Below are positions 29,943 to 39,507 of a stretch of 64,000 nt of DNA, one piece after another. Every line of letters starts with the position of its first letter. The stretch's first letter is position 1. The stretch covers positions 9,718-73,717 of the forward strand of contig CAZQMF010000004.1 of assembly GCA_964594235.1 (NCBI GenBank). The letters are read 5' to 3'. This stretch comes from an uncultured Acidimicrobiia bacterium. Its GTDB lineage: Bacteria; Actinomycetota; Acidimicrobiia; Spongiisociales; UBA4744. A program made the position numbers and the translations under genes. Below the pieces are notes generated by a model. The model ran no database searches, was not told the origin of the DNA, and saw nothing but the letters and a program-made list of their open reading frames with translations.

Positions 29943-31868
29943 CTACCGGGGCGGCTCCACGGCTAACACGAGGCGAGCGACGGCCTCTTCCAGCGGTACC
30001 CCTCGGTCCTCGTGCTCGGCGTCGTACCGGCGGTAGCCCACGGTTCCGGCGGACGCATCCCGATCGCCTACGACCAGCACGGCCGGCACCTTCAGGGACA
30101 GCGCGCGCCGTATCTTCTCGCCGACCGTTTCGGATGTGCCGTCCACGTCGACGCGAACACCTGCATCTCGGATGACAGCTGCAACCTCGTTCGCATACTC
30201 GAGGTGTCTATCCGCGACAGGGATGATCGCGGCCTGGACCGGGGCGAGCCATGCCGGGAATGCTCCCGCATAGTGCTCAACGAGGATTCCGAAGAATCGC
30301 TCGACGGACCCGAACAGGGCCCGATGGATCATCACCGGACGCTCTCGCGTGTTCTCTGCGCTCGTGTACTCGATCTTGAATCGATCAGGCGTGGAGAAGT
30401 CCACCTGAATGGTCGACAGCTGCCACTTCCGACCGATGGCGTCTTTGATGTGCACGTCGATCTTCGGGCCGTAGAAGGCGCCTTCTCCCTCGGCGATGTC
30501 ATAGTGCAATCCGGCCGTCTCCAGGGACTTGGCGAGCGCTGCGGTCGCAATCTCCCACAGTTCGACCTCACCGACGTACTTCACCGGCCGCGTCGAGAGC
30601 TCGGCCTCGAACTCCTCAAAACCGAAGTCTCGAAGCACCATGAGGACAAAGTCGAGGAGGTTCTGCAACTCCTCACCGATCTGGTCCAACGTGCAGAAGA
30701 TGTGACTGTCGTCCTGGGTGAAACCCCTCGCCCTGAGCAGACCGTGAACGACCCCGGAACGCTCATACCTGTAGACGGTTCCGAGCTCGAAGAGACGCAA
30801 GGGAAGCTCGCGGTACGACCGCGACCGGCTCTTGTAGATGAGCACGTGGAACGGGCAGTTCATCGGCTTAACGATGTAGGAGTCGCCGTGGTCGAGTTCC
30901 AGCGGTGGGTACATGTTGTCGGCATAGAAGCCGAGGTGTCCCGAGGTCTCCCAGAGCTGTGCCTTCGCGACGTGTGGGGAGACGACGAGCTGATAGTCGT
31001 TCGCGAGGTGGACGCCGCGGCTGTAGTCCTCGATCACCTTGCGAACCAATCCACCTCTCGGATGCCACACTGCCAATCCGGACCCGAGCTCGGGCGGGAA
31101 CGAGAACAAATCCAGCTCTGTTCCCAGCTTCCTGTGGTCGCGCCGCTCGGCTTCCTGCAGCCGGTTGAGATACGCGTCGAGGGCCTTCTGGTCCTCCCAC
31201 GCGGTCCCATAGATCCGCTGAAGCTGCGGGCGGTGCTCATCCCCCCGCCAGTACGCGCCGGCCGAGCGCAGCAACTTGAATGCCTTCACCCTCGCCGTCG
31301 AGGGCACGTGTGGTCCTCTGCACAGGTCCACGAACCCGTTGTTCCGGTATACCGAGATGACAGAACCAACTTCTGACACATCGACCGATTGGATGATCTC
31401 GGTCTTGAACGGTTGGTCGGCGAAGATCTCGAGTGCTTCGGACTCCGAGAGCTCCTCTCTGACGAAGGATTGGTCGGCGGCGACGATCTCTCGCATGCGC
31501 TCTTCGATCCGCTCGAGATCCTCAGGAGTGAACGGACGACCGATGTCGAAGTCGTAGTAGAAGCCGTCCTCGATAGCTGGGCCGATCGCAAACCGGGCTG
31601 CCTCGAACAGCGACAACACCGCCTGTGCCATGACGTGTGCCGTCGAGTGCCGGAGCACGTCGCGTCCCTCGTCCGTCCCAACCGTCACGATCTCGATCCT
31701 TCCACCGTGGTCGAGCGGACGCGACAGATCGGTGAGGACACCGTCAAGCTTGATCGCTACTGCCGCAGCGGCCAGTCGTGGACCGATGTCGCCGGCGATC
31801 TCCAATCCGGTGACACCCTGGGGGTAGCTCCTGTGGGAGTTGTCGGGGAACTCGATATCGATGGACAC
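29943..31868 (-). CDS. thrS: threonine--tRNA ligase
   Basis: ThrRS homology (TGS domain IEFPDNSHRSYPQGVTG) starts at residue 111 of the 751-aa ORF. GTG 31868 follows GAGGTGG. HSTAHVMAQA editing motif and class II core. Confidence 0.95.
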   Translation of the reverse strand: MSIDIEFPDNSHRSYPQGVTGLEIAGDIGPRLAAAAVAIKLDGVLTDLSRPLDHGGRIEIVTVGTDEGRDVLRHSTAHVMAQAVLSLFEAARFAIGPAIEDGFYYDFDIGRPFTPEDLERIEERMREIVAADQSFVREELSESEALEIFADQPFKTEIIQSVDVSEVGSVISVYRNNGFVDLCRGPHVPSTARVKAFKLLRSAGAYWRGDEHRPQLQRIYGTAWEDQKALDAYLNRLQEAERRDHRKLGTELDLFSFPPELGSGLAVWHPRGGLVRKVIEDYSRGVHLANDYQLVVSPHVAKAQLWETSGHLGFYADNMYPPLELDHGDSYIVKPMNCPFHVLIYKSRSRSYRELPLRLFELGTVYRYERSGVVHGLLRARGFTQDDSHIFCTLDQIGEELQNLLDFVLMVLRDFGFEEFEAELSTRPVKYVGEVELWEIATAALAKSLETAGLHYDIAEGEGAFYGPKIDVHIKDAIGRKWQLSTIQVDFSTPDRFKIEYTSAENTRERPVMIHRALFGSVERFFGILVEHYAGAFPAWLAPVQAAIIPVADRHLEYANEVAAVIRDAGVRVDVDGTSETVGEKIRRALSLKVPAVLVVGDRDASAGTVGYRRYDAEHEDRGVPLEEAVARLVLAVEPPR

Positions 31869-31925
31869 GCCCACCTCATTTGCTCTCGTCTCGTGTAGCG
31901 TAAACGAAGGCGTTCCAATCGCCGA

Positions 31926-32765
31926 TTGCTTTACGAGGGAGTTCAGGTGCAAGCACGAGACATCGCAGCCCTCCTCGCGGACGGTGCAGGTATACACCCG
32001 CTGTCCCAAGGCACCAACAGCGTATTTCGCCTCACGCATGTCGGCGATCGCACATCGATCCTCAAGGTGTACGGCTCTGCGTCCTACCAGCGCCGCGAGC
32101 GCAGAGCGCTCGAGGCGCTCGAAGGCATGCAAGGGCTGCCCTCCATCATCGAGTGGGGCGCCACCGAAGGAACGAACTGGGTTCGTTTCACCGACCATGG
32201 TCGATGGAACCTGGCATCACTTCCTGGAGACAGCAAGGCCGCCACGAAGGCCGGTGCCCTGCTGCGTAAGCTCCACGAGGCGGACTTCTCGCGCCTGTCG
32301 AATCTCGAGGAAGGCATCGGATCGACCTGGATGGAGACGGCTCTCCGCGGCAACTTCGCCCGGCTCGAACGGTACCGGCGCCGGTTGAACGTCCCCTCGG
32401 CGGTGTTCGACAGGGCTACTGATCTCTCTTTCCCCAAGGCTGGTCCACCGAGAGGAAGCCACACGCGTCCATCGCCGTCGTCGTTCGTCATCGACGATGC
32501 CGGTACGGTCACCTTGACAGGCTGGACGTGGGCCACCTTGGCTCCACCGGAGTGGGACTACACCTTCGCCTACTGGCAACTGGCCAGACACGAAGGCGCC
32601 GCCGATGCGTTCGCGAACGGCTACGGCGCAACGGTGGATCCCGAGGTCCTCAAGGCGTGGATCATCTTCCACATCACCGCTCTCCTTCTCCGTGAGGCCG
32701 AGAGCAGGGATGGTCGGCTCGAAGACCTCCGCCCGTACGTAGAGCAACTCGACGCGGCGGTCTAG
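31926..32765 (+). CDS. aminoglycoside-phosphotransferase/choline-kinase-fold protein, predicted catalytically inactive
   Basis: 279 aa. N-lobe SILKVYG Lys and ERRALEAL Glu are present. The Brenner motif reads HTRPSPSSFVIDD (Asp and Asn missing) and the IDWE metal site reads TGWTW. Confidence 0.65.
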   Translation: MLYEGVQVQARDIAALLADGAGIHPLSQGTNSVFRLTHVGDRTSILKVYGSASYQRRERRALEALEGMQGLPSIIEWGATEGTNWVRFTDHGRWNLASLPGDSKAATKAGALLRKLHEADFSRLSNLEEGIGSTWMETALRGNFARLERYRRRLNVPSAVFDRATDLSFPKAGPPRGSHTRPSPSSFVIDDAGTVTLTGWTWATLAPPEWDYTFAYWQLARHEGAADAFANGYGATVDPEVLKAWIIFHITALLLREAESRDGRLEDLRPYVEQLDAAV

Positions 32766-32882
32766 AGCCCGCGGGCGCGTGACTAGTTCGGCCGCGGCAA
32801 CTTCAGTTGGACCCGCACTCATCGAGATACCAGCCGCTCATAGTGGTAGCTTGACCACGTATAGCGCGCATGGGGAGGCATC

Positions 32883-33143
32883 GTGGCCCGCAGTTGCAGA
32901 GAGCACCAGTACAGTGAGCCCGTCGCCGTCGGCGGCGGCATCGTGCGCACCAGTTGCTCGCGCTGCGGCGCCGTGCATCTGAATCTCGCTCGACCCGGTG
33001 TGCTCGCGAACTCGCCTCTCTTTCGGTCGGGTCGCAGCAGGTGGATGGCCTGGGATCCTGACGTCGTTCTGCCCGTTCCGTACAAGCGGACGTTCGGCAA
33101 GCCAGTCGGGCGGCGACAGAGACCCCAATCGGCGGTGGCCTAG
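32883..33143 (+). CDS. hypothetical small basic protein with C-x19-C-x2-C
   Basis: GTG lies 4 nt after GGGGAGG. Third-position GC is about 77 percent. No family recognised. Confidence 0.35.
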   Translation: MARSCREHQYSEPVAVGGGIVRTSCSRCGAVHLNLARPGVLANSPLFRSGRSRWMAWDPDVVLPVPYKRTFGKPVGRRQRPQSAVA

Positions 33144-33204
33144 ATCGCGAAATCCTTCCCTATGGGGCTTGCGGTTCATACACTCCGCCACGAGAGGAGG
33201 ACTC

Positions 33205-33420
33205 GTGGCGCAATTGCTCGTGGCAGCGTCGATCATCACGGTGCTCGTTGTGATCGCCGGAAGCCGTTTTCGAGATACCGGCGAGGACCTCGAGGTGCAA
33301 TCTTGGGCGGAGGCCTACCGAGTCGCGACCGAGCTGCCATGCCCTTGGTGTGGCGCGGAGACCGAAGAGTCCGATTCGGCGTGTCCCAACTGCCGGCGCG
33401 CGTTCGGCGTCACCGTCTGA
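33205..33420 (+). CDS. small membrane-anchored zinc-ribbon protein (71 aa)
   Basis: GTG lies 4 nt after GGAGG. N-terminal TM (LLVAASIITVLVVIAG). C-terminal CPWC-x12-CPNC. Stop is 13 nt before the patatin start. Confidence 0.45.
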   Translation: MAQLLVAASIITVLVVIAGSRFRDTGEDLEVQSWAEAYRVATELPCPWCGAETEESDSACPNCRRAFGVTV

Positions 33421-33433
33421 GTAACCTGCTCTC

Positions 33434-34378
33434 GTGAGCAGAGTGGGTCTCATCCTCGGGGGTGGGGGCGTTACCGGCGCCTCGTTTCATCTTGCAGCAC
33501 TGCTCGCGCTCGAGATGGCGACGGGGTGGGATCCAACGGCAGCCGATGTCATCATCGGCACATCCGCCGGTTCGTTCGCGGCCGCGATCGTTCGTTCAGG
33601 CAGCCTATCGCTCGACAGCATCGTCCGTCCCGGAGAGCGAGAGGAGGACGTCGAGGCGCGGATCCGATCGTGGGTCTATAAGAAGAAGCCGCTCAACGGG
33701 GTCGGACGATGGATCCGCCGCGGCATCATCCCGAGTTTCCGGCATCCGGGACTCACCTCCTTGCTCGGTGTGCCCGGTCGATTCGACCCATCGGGCATCG
33801 GTGACTGGGTCGCCGCCCAGGCGCCTTCAATCGCAGACACCTGGCCGGACCGACCGACGGTCGTAGTTGCCTATGGTCTCGAGGATCGGCGCCGGACGGC
33901 CTTCGGAACTACCGACGCCCCTGATGTCACGCTGCGCGACGCAGTCTCGGCCTCATCTGCCGTCCCCGTGCTGTTCGATCCACACGTCATCAAAGGCAAG
34001 AGTTACGTCGACGGCGGTGTCGCTTCAGGAACCAACGCGGACCTCGTCCTCGGGAGTCCGGAACCACTCGATTTCCTCCTCGTCCTGGCCCCGATGGCAG
34101 CGGAGGCTCAGAGAAACGGTGCTCTCTTCTATGAAGCTCTGTTCGATCGCGTCGGGCGTTCTGCGCTCCACGACGAGCTTCAGGCGGTGGCGACCGTGTG
34201 GCCCGAGACCGACACCCTCGTCCTGAGACCGACACCGGCGGTTCTCGCAGCAATGCGTCCCAACCCGATGGACCCGGCGCGGGCGGTGCCAACGTTCGTT
34301 CGAACGCTCGCATCGCTCCGATCTCGCCTCGCAAGACCCGAGGTCTGGCAGGTTCTCGAGCGCTACCTCGTGACTTGA
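33434..34378 (+). CDS. patatin-like phospholipase
   Basis: LGGGGVTGA oxyanion motif, GTSAG (GxSxG nucleophile), VDGGV (catalytic Asp). Confidence 0.85.
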   Translation: MSRVGLILGGGGVTGASFHLAALLALEMATGWDPTAADVIIGTSAGSFAAAIVRSGSLSLDSIVRPGEREEDVEARIRSWVYKKKPLNGVGRWIRRGIIPSFRHPGLTSLLGVPGRFDPSGIGDWVAAQAPSIADTWPDRPTVVVAYGLEDRRRTAFGTTDAPDVTLRDAVSASSAVPVLFDPHVIKGKSYVDGGVASGTNADLVLGSPEPLDFLLVLAPMAAEAQRNGALFYEALFDRVGRSALHDELQAVATVWPETDTLVLRPTPAVLAAMRPNPMDPARAVPTFVRTLASLRSRLARPEVWQVLERYLVT

Positions 34379-35358
34379 GAGGTCTCCTCGAGCCATGTGG
34401 CACGCTGCTCTTCGGTAGCAAACGATGCTTCGATCGACGACCGCGCAATCGTCGCCACATCCATCTCCGTGAGACCGAGTGCCGACGCCGCCGCCACGTA
34501 GTTGTCCACGATGTATCCGCCGAAGTAGGCGGGGTCGTCGGAGTTGATCGTGACGACCGCACCCGCATCGATGAGACGCTTCAGATTGTGCTGGGCCAGT
34601 TCATCGACAACACGAAGCTTCACGTTCGACAGCGGACACATCGTGAGGGGTATCCGCTCCTTCACGACCCGCCGCAGCAACACCGGATCCTCCTCGACCC
34701 TCACGCCATGATCGATCCGTTCGGCGTGGAGCAGGTCCAATGCCTGCCGGATGTACTCGGGTGGGCCCTCTTCTCCCGCGTGGGCGACGACATGCAGTCC
34801 CTCCCGGCGCGCACGACGAAAGACCTCCTCGAACAACGATGGAGGACGACCCACCTCCGAAGAGTCGAGTCCGACGCCGATGATCTTCATGCGGTGGCGA
34901 AGGCCATCCTCGAGCGTTTGCTCCGCGGCTTCAGGGCTGAGATGGCGGAGGAACGACAGGATGAGGGCGGCTGACACGCCGAGATCCTCGGCATCCTCTA
35001 CTGCCCGGTGCAGTCCCGAGATTACGGCGTCAAAGGGGATCCCCCGAGTGGTGTGCGTCTGAGGATCGAAGAAGATCTCGGCTCTCTTGACGCCGTCTGA
35101 TGCAGCCCTGTTCAGGTACGCCCATGCGAGGTCGTAGAAGTCGCGTTCCGTCCGAAGAACCGCCGCCCCTTCGTAGTAGATGTCGAGGAATGACTGGAGA
35201 TCGGTGAATGCATAGGCGGCTCTGATCTCGTCGACCGTCTCGAAACGCAAGGCAACATCGTTTCGTTTGGCGAGCGTCACCATGAGCTCAGGCTCCAGCG
35301 ATCCCTCGATGTGGATGTGGAGTTCCGCTTTGGGAAGACTTCGAACGTAGGTTTCCAC
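34363..35358 (-). CDS. add: adenosine/adenine deaminase (Aah1/PA0148-like subgroup)
   Basis: Homology starts at VETYVRSLPKAELHIHIEGSLEPEL. GTG 35358. Motifs HAGE and INSDDPAYF. The upstream 210 codons of the listed ORF have no homology. Confidence 0.85.
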   Translation of the reverse strand: METYVRSLPKAELHIHIEGSLEPELMVTLAKRNDVALRFETVDEIRAAYAFTDLQSFLDIYYEGAAVLRTERDFYDLAWAYLNRAASDGVKRAEIFFDPQTHTTRGIPFDAVISGLHRAVEDAEDLGVSAALILSFLRHLSPEAAEQTLEDGLRHRMKIIGVGLDSSEVGRPPSLFEEVFRRARREGLHVVAHAGEEGPPEYIRQALDLLHAERIDHGVRVEEDPVLLRRVVKERIPLTMCPLSNVKLRVVDELAQHNLKRLIDAGAVVTINSDDPAYFGGYIVDNYVAAASALGLTEMDVATIARSSIEASFATEEQRATWLEETSQVTR

Positions 35359-35400
35359 TGCTGATCTACCTCGCCGGCTTTGAATCCGGAATCTTACCCA

Positions 35401-36765
35401 ATGGTCGGTAGCATCGTCACCGATGTGACCACGCTGCTTGTCAAACATGCGACCGTCCTCGTCACGATGGACGAATCCCGGAGAGAGATTCGCGATGCCG
35501 GTCTCTTCGCCAGGGACGGTTGGATCGAACAGGTCGCTCCAACGAAGGAACTCCCCTCCTCTGCCGATGTCGTCCTCGATCTGACGGATCATGTCGTCAT
35601 CCCCGGCCTGGTCAATACGCACCATCACCTGTACCAGACACTGACGAGAGCCTACGCCCAAGATGCGGAGCTCTTCGAATGGCTGACCACGTTGTATCCG
35701 GTGTGGGCAAAGCTCACACCTCATGACATCCGTGTCTCTGCGCGACTTGGACTGACGGAACTCGCACTGAGTGGATGCACCACCTCCTCGGATCACTTGT
35801 ACCTGTTCCCGAATGGTGCACGTCTCGACGACGAGATCCACGCGGCCAGCGAGGTCGGTATCAGGTTTCACGCCGCGAGGGGGTCGATGAGCCTCGGGCA
35901 GAGCGATGGCGGCCTCCCTCCGGATTCGGTAGTCGAAGACGAGCAAGCGATCCTCGACGACACCCGCAGGGTCATCGAATCCTTTCACGATTCAACACCG
36001 GGTTCGATGCTCCGGGTGGTCGTTGCTCCGTGCTCTCCGTTCTCGGTGACGCCGGACCTCATGAGGGAATCTGCAGCCCTTGCTCGCCACTACGGCGTCA
36101 CCCTCCACACACACCTCGCGGAGACGATCGATGAGGAGGCGTTCTGCGTGGATCGATTCGGCATGCCTCCGTTGGCGTATGCAGAGAGTGTCGGTTGGGT
36201 GGGACCCGACGTCTGGTTCGCCCACGCGGTCCACATGTCTGAAGCAGAAATCACTCGGATGGCCGACACCAACACCGGCGCGGCCCACTGTCCCGCCTCG
36301 AACATGCGGCTCGGATCCGGCATCGCTCCGGTTGCCGAGTATCGCGACGCAGGTGTTCGGATCGGCCTTGGCGTCGACGGGTCCGCTTCCAACGACGGCA
36401 ACGACCTCCTCGGCGAGGCGCGGCTCGCCACGCTCCTCGCCCGCGTTCGGCGGCGAGGAATCATGCCTGTGCGATCTGCACTCGAGCTCGCCACGCTCGG
36501 CGGCGCCGCCGTACTGGGACGCGACGATATCGGTGCCCTCGCCCCGGGGAAGACGGCCGACTTCGCCGCGTTCGATCTCAGAAGAATCGAATATGCCGGG
36601 GCGCAACATGATCCGGTCGCGGCCCTGCTTCTGTGTGCCCCCACCCGGGCGGTCTACACATACGTCCACGGTTCACCCGTCATCTCCAGCGGCCGTCCCG
36701 TCAACGTGGAGCTGGAAGCCCTCGTCGAAGAACACAATCGCGCTGCAGCTCGCCTCTTCGAGTAG
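35401..36765 (+). CDS. 8-oxoguanine deaminase-like amidohydrolase (ATZ/TRZ/SsnA superfamily)
   Basis: LLVKHATVLVTMD....PGLVNTHHHLYQTLTRA with the HxH metal site. Start is ATG 35401 or TTG 35380. Confidence 0.8.
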   Translation: MVGSIVTDVTTLLVKHATVLVTMDESRREIRDAGLFARDGWIEQVAPTKELPSSADVVLDLTDHVVIPGLVNTHHHLYQTLTRAYAQDAELFEWLTTLYPVWAKLTPHDIRVSARLGLTELALSGCTTSSDHLYLFPNGARLDDEIHAASEVGIRFHAARGSMSLGQSDGGLPPDSVVEDEQAILDDTRRVIESFHDSTPGSMLRVVVAPCSPFSVTPDLMRESAALARHYGVTLHTHLAETIDEEAFCVDRFGMPPLAYAESVGWVGPDVWFAHAVHMSEAEITRMADTNTGAAHCPASNMRLGSGIAPVAEYRDAGVRIGLGVDGSASNDGNDLLGEARLATLLARVRRRGIMPVRSALELATLGGAAVLGRDDIGALAPGKTADFAAFDLRRIEYAGAQHDPVAALLLCAPTRAVYTYVHGSPVISSGRPVNVELEALVEEHNRAAARLFE

Positions 36766-36818
36766 TTCCCAACCTCCCGCCTCGCGCTCGCCCCGCGATC
36801 TCGCAGCGTTCCAGGCCG

Positions 36819-36837
36819 CCTACTGACAACTGACAAC
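36819..36837 (-). repeat. heptad repeat array A (plus strand CCTAC TGACAAC TGACAAC)
   Basis: Two exact 7-nt units directly 3' of the terminator hairpin of the Mo-subunit gene. Sense strand reads GTTGTCA GTTGTCA GTAGG. Confidence 0.6.
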
Positions 36838-36839
36838 TG

Positions 36840-36868
36840 GAGATCGGGTAGCTGAGCTACCCGATCTC
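36840..36868. terminator. bidirectional terminator-like hairpin
   Basis: GAGATCGGGTAGC / GCTACCCGATCTC, a 12-13 bp perfect stem. The right arm contains the last codons and TAG of the Mo-subunit gene. Lies between convergent genes. Confidence 0.6.
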
Positions 36869-39067
36869 TGCAATGTCCTCCGGGTGAATGGGCAGTCGCG
36901 TCACCGGCTTGCCGGTCGCGGCGCGAACAGCGGACGCCACCGCGGCCGCCGAAGAGATCGACGGCAGCTCAGAGAACCCTTTGGCGCCGAACGGCCCCCA
37001 GGAACTCGGCTGTTCCACGACGACGGCCTCGACCGGAGGCATATCTTCGATCGTCGGCAGGAGGTAGTCGGTGAAGGTCGGGTTTCTTATGACACCGTTG
37101 TCGAGAATGACCTCTTCCATGAGCGCCATGCCGAATCCCTGCGCTATTCCACCCTCGATCTGTCCGATCACCTGCATGGGGTTGAGGGCCTTCCCGACGT
37201 CTTGAGCCGTGTCGATTCGGACCACGCGAACCAGACCAAGGACAGGGTCCACGTCGACGACCGCCCTGTGAGCGGCGACGCAGAAATCGACGTGCACGTC
37301 GCCTTGTCCGTTCTCGTCGGGTCCCTCGGTGGGCACATGCCGGTAGCGGATCTCGCCGACGATCGGCCCGTCGACGCACAGTTCCGGCCAGGTCGCGACG
37401 AGTCGACCATTTCGCCACACACCGTCGTCATCCATCTCGTCGCCGCCGACTCGTTCCAATGCGGCCGCACGAGCACGACGGGCGGCGTGTTCGACCGCAC
37501 CACCCGTCATCTGAGTCTGTCTCGAAGCCGAAGTTGAACCCGCGGAACCGATCTGTGAGGTGTCGTCCCAGACGATCTCGACCCGCTCCAAGCCCAGCAC
37601 GCTCCGTCCGATCTGGCCGAGGACGGTCACCATCCCTTGCCCCACTTCGGCCGCGGCCGTGTGCACCTTTGCACCCTCGGGTGTCAGCTCCACCCTGGCG
37701 TCCGCATAGTCGTCGAAGGCCTCGGAGAAGGCCAGGTTCTTCAGCCCGACCGCATACCCGACACCTCGCACGACTGCAGAGACGGGTGTCGTCAGTCCGG
37801 TCCCTCCCGGAAGTCGGTCGGTGTCCTCTTCGGGCAGCGGAATCGACATCACCGACCGAATGACTTCCTCTGTCGGAAGTGGGTCGACGATGCGCTGGCC
37901 CGTAGTCGAGAGCACATCGCCCGGACCGATGGCGTTCTTCAGACGGAGATCGAGAGGGTCCATCTCCAGGACGGCGGCCAGCCTGTCCATCTGGGCTTCG
38001 TACGCGAAACAGACCTGATTGGCGCCGAACCCCCGCATCGCTCCCGTGGGCGGGTTGTTGGTACGCACCGCATACCCTTCCACGAACACGTTGGGGCAGC
38101 GGTACGGCCCGGCGGCGAAGTACACCGCGTTCGCGATGACGGCCTCTGAGGTGTTCGCGTACGCTCCACCGTCCAGCACGAGCCTCGCCTCGACCCTGGT
38201 GAGCGTCCCATCGGCTTCGGCCTCGTGCCGGTACCACATGTGGGCGCTGTGCCGCTTGACGTGACCGACGAAGCTCTCGTCGCGCCCGTACACCATCTTG
38301 ACGGGTCGGCCCGTCCGCAGCGCGAGCATGCACAGGTGGGTGTGCAGGCTGAGGTCCTCTCTGGACCCGAACGCGCCACCGAGGCCGGTCGGGTGGACAC
38401 GAAGCTGGTCGGACTCGAGTCCGAGACACCGTACGAGCTGCTCATGGTCCACATGGATCCATTGCGATGGCGGGTAGAGGTCTACTCCACCCGAGCCGTC
38501 GGGAACGGCAAGCCCCGCTTCCGTGCCCAGTGGCGCCTGGTCGATGTTCGGGGTCTCGTAGTAGCCCTCGACGACGATTGGACCATGCGCGTCGGGATCG
38601 CCCCGCCTTACGGTCAGCTTTCTGAAAATACCGCCGTGTTCGACTGCTTCCTCGAGGTTCGTCGCTGGGGCCAGTTCTTCGAGCTCGACGGTGATCGCGG
38701 CGGCCGCAGCCCGGGCCTGGTCGCGCGTTTGTGCTGCAACCAACGCGACCGCCTCACCCCAGAAACGGACCTCACCCTCGGCGAGTACCGGCTGATCCTG
38801 AACGATCTGCCCCTGGTACTTGAATCCGGGCACGTCATCGACGGTGAGAACGGCAACGACACCGTCCATGTCGAGCGCAGGCGTGACATCTATCGAAGCG
38901 ATGCGGGCATGCGGCATATACGCCCTGCGAGTCGCCCCCCACAGCATGGTCTCCGCATGGAGATCCCCGACGTACTCGAACGCGCCCGAGGTCTTCGCTG
39001 CCCCGTCGGGCCGCCGAATCGATTCACCGACCCCTCCACGCACTCGACTCGATGTCCGGGTGGTCAT
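36857..39067 (-). CDS. xanthine dehydrogenase family, molybdopterin-binding subunit (system 1)
   Basis: 736 aa. a/b-hammerhead plus Mo-cofactor domains. GLGGAFGSRED and MRGFGANQ motifs. ATGA overlap with the Fe-S subunit gene. Confidence 0.9.
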   Translation of the reverse strand: MTTRTSSRVRGGVGESIRRPDGAAKTSGAFEYVGDLHAETMLWGATRRAYMPHARIASIDVTPALDMDGVVAVLTVDDVPGFKYQGQIVQDQPVLAEGEVRFWGEAVALVAAQTRDQARAAAAAITVELEELAPATNLEEAVEHGGIFRKLTVRRGDPDAHGPIVVEGYYETPNIDQAPLGTEAGLAVPDGSGGVDLYPPSQWIHVDHEQLVRCLGLESDQLRVHPTGLGGAFGSREDLSLHTHLCMLALRTGRPVKMVYGRDESFVGHVKRHSAHMWYRHEAEADGTLTRVEARLVLDGGAYANTSEAVIANAVYFAAGPYRCPNVFVEGYAVRTNNPPTGAMRGFGANQVCFAYEAQMDRLAAVLEMDPLDLRLKNAIGPGDVLSTTGQRIVDPLPTEEVIRSVMSIPLPEEDTDRLPGGTGLTTPVSAVVRGVGYAVGLKNLAFSEAFDDYADARVELTPEGAKVHTAAAEVGQGMVTVLGQIGRSVLGLERVEIVWDDTSQIGSAGSTSASRQTQMTGGAVEHAARRARAAALERVGGDEMDDDGVWRNGRLVATWPELCVDGPIVGEIRYRHVPTEGPDENGQGDVHVDFCVAAHRAVVDVDPVLGLVRVVRIDTAQDVGKALNPMQVIGQIEGGIAQGFGMALMEEVILDNGVIRNPTFTDYLLPTIEDMPPVEAVVVEQPSSWGPFGAKGFSELPSISSAAAVASAVRAATGKPVTRLPIHPEDIAEIG

Positions 39068-39507
39068 TCCACACTCCTGATGGCTCTCACGATGGATCCA
39101 TACCCGGTGCAGCGACAGATATTGCCGGCAAGAGCCTCACGGATCTTCCCCTCGGAGGGATCCGGGGTGTGCTCGAGGAGATGTGTTGCGGCAACGACGA
39201 TTCCTGGCGTGCAGTAGCCGCACTGGACGCCTCCCTCGGCGACGAGGGCCTCCTGCACGGGGGACAGTCCGTCTTCAGGGGTGAGCCCTTCCACGGTGAT
39301 GACCTCGGCGCCCTCGGCGTCGAGACCCATGACGAGGCACGAGCACACCGGTTCCCCGTCCATCAGGACGGTGCACGATCCGCACTCCCCCTGTTCACAT
39401 GCATCCTTGGTCCCCGTCAGTTCGAGGTTCTCACGCAGAACCCGCAGAAGGCTCTGCGTCCCGTCGACAGCCACTTCCGTCTCAATGCCGTTCAGTCGGA
39501 ATCTCAT
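39064..39507 (-). CDS. [2Fe-2S]-binding subunit (system 1)
   Basis: 147 aa. CEQGECGSC and CGYCTPG...CRCTGY cluster motifs. Confidence 0.9.
   Translation of the reverse strand: MRFRLNGIETEVAVDGTQSLLRVLRENLELTGTKDACEQGECGSCTVLMDGEPVCSCLVMGLDAEGAEVITVEGLTPEDGLSPVQEALVAEGGVQCGYCTPGIVVAATHLLEHTPDPSEGKIREALAGNICRCTGYGSIVRAIRSVE

Noticed and set aside
31869-32198. Upstream 110 codons of the thrS ORF
   Set aside because: The TGS domain starts right after GTG 31868, which has an SD-like sequence. The extension would overlap the divergent APH-like gene.
32766-32882. Lower-GC 117-nt spacer after the APH-like gene as a possible ncRNA or promoter
   Set aside because: I found no convincing -35/-10 pair with proper spacing and no stable structure. 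It most likely just contains the promoter and RBS of the small-ORF/patatin operon.
35359-35988. Upstream 210 codons of the 541-aa ORF containing the adenosine deaminase
   Set aside because: There is no homology in this part, and it overlaps the divergent 8-oxoguanine-deaminase-like gene. The deaminase family N-terminus matches a start at GTG 35358.
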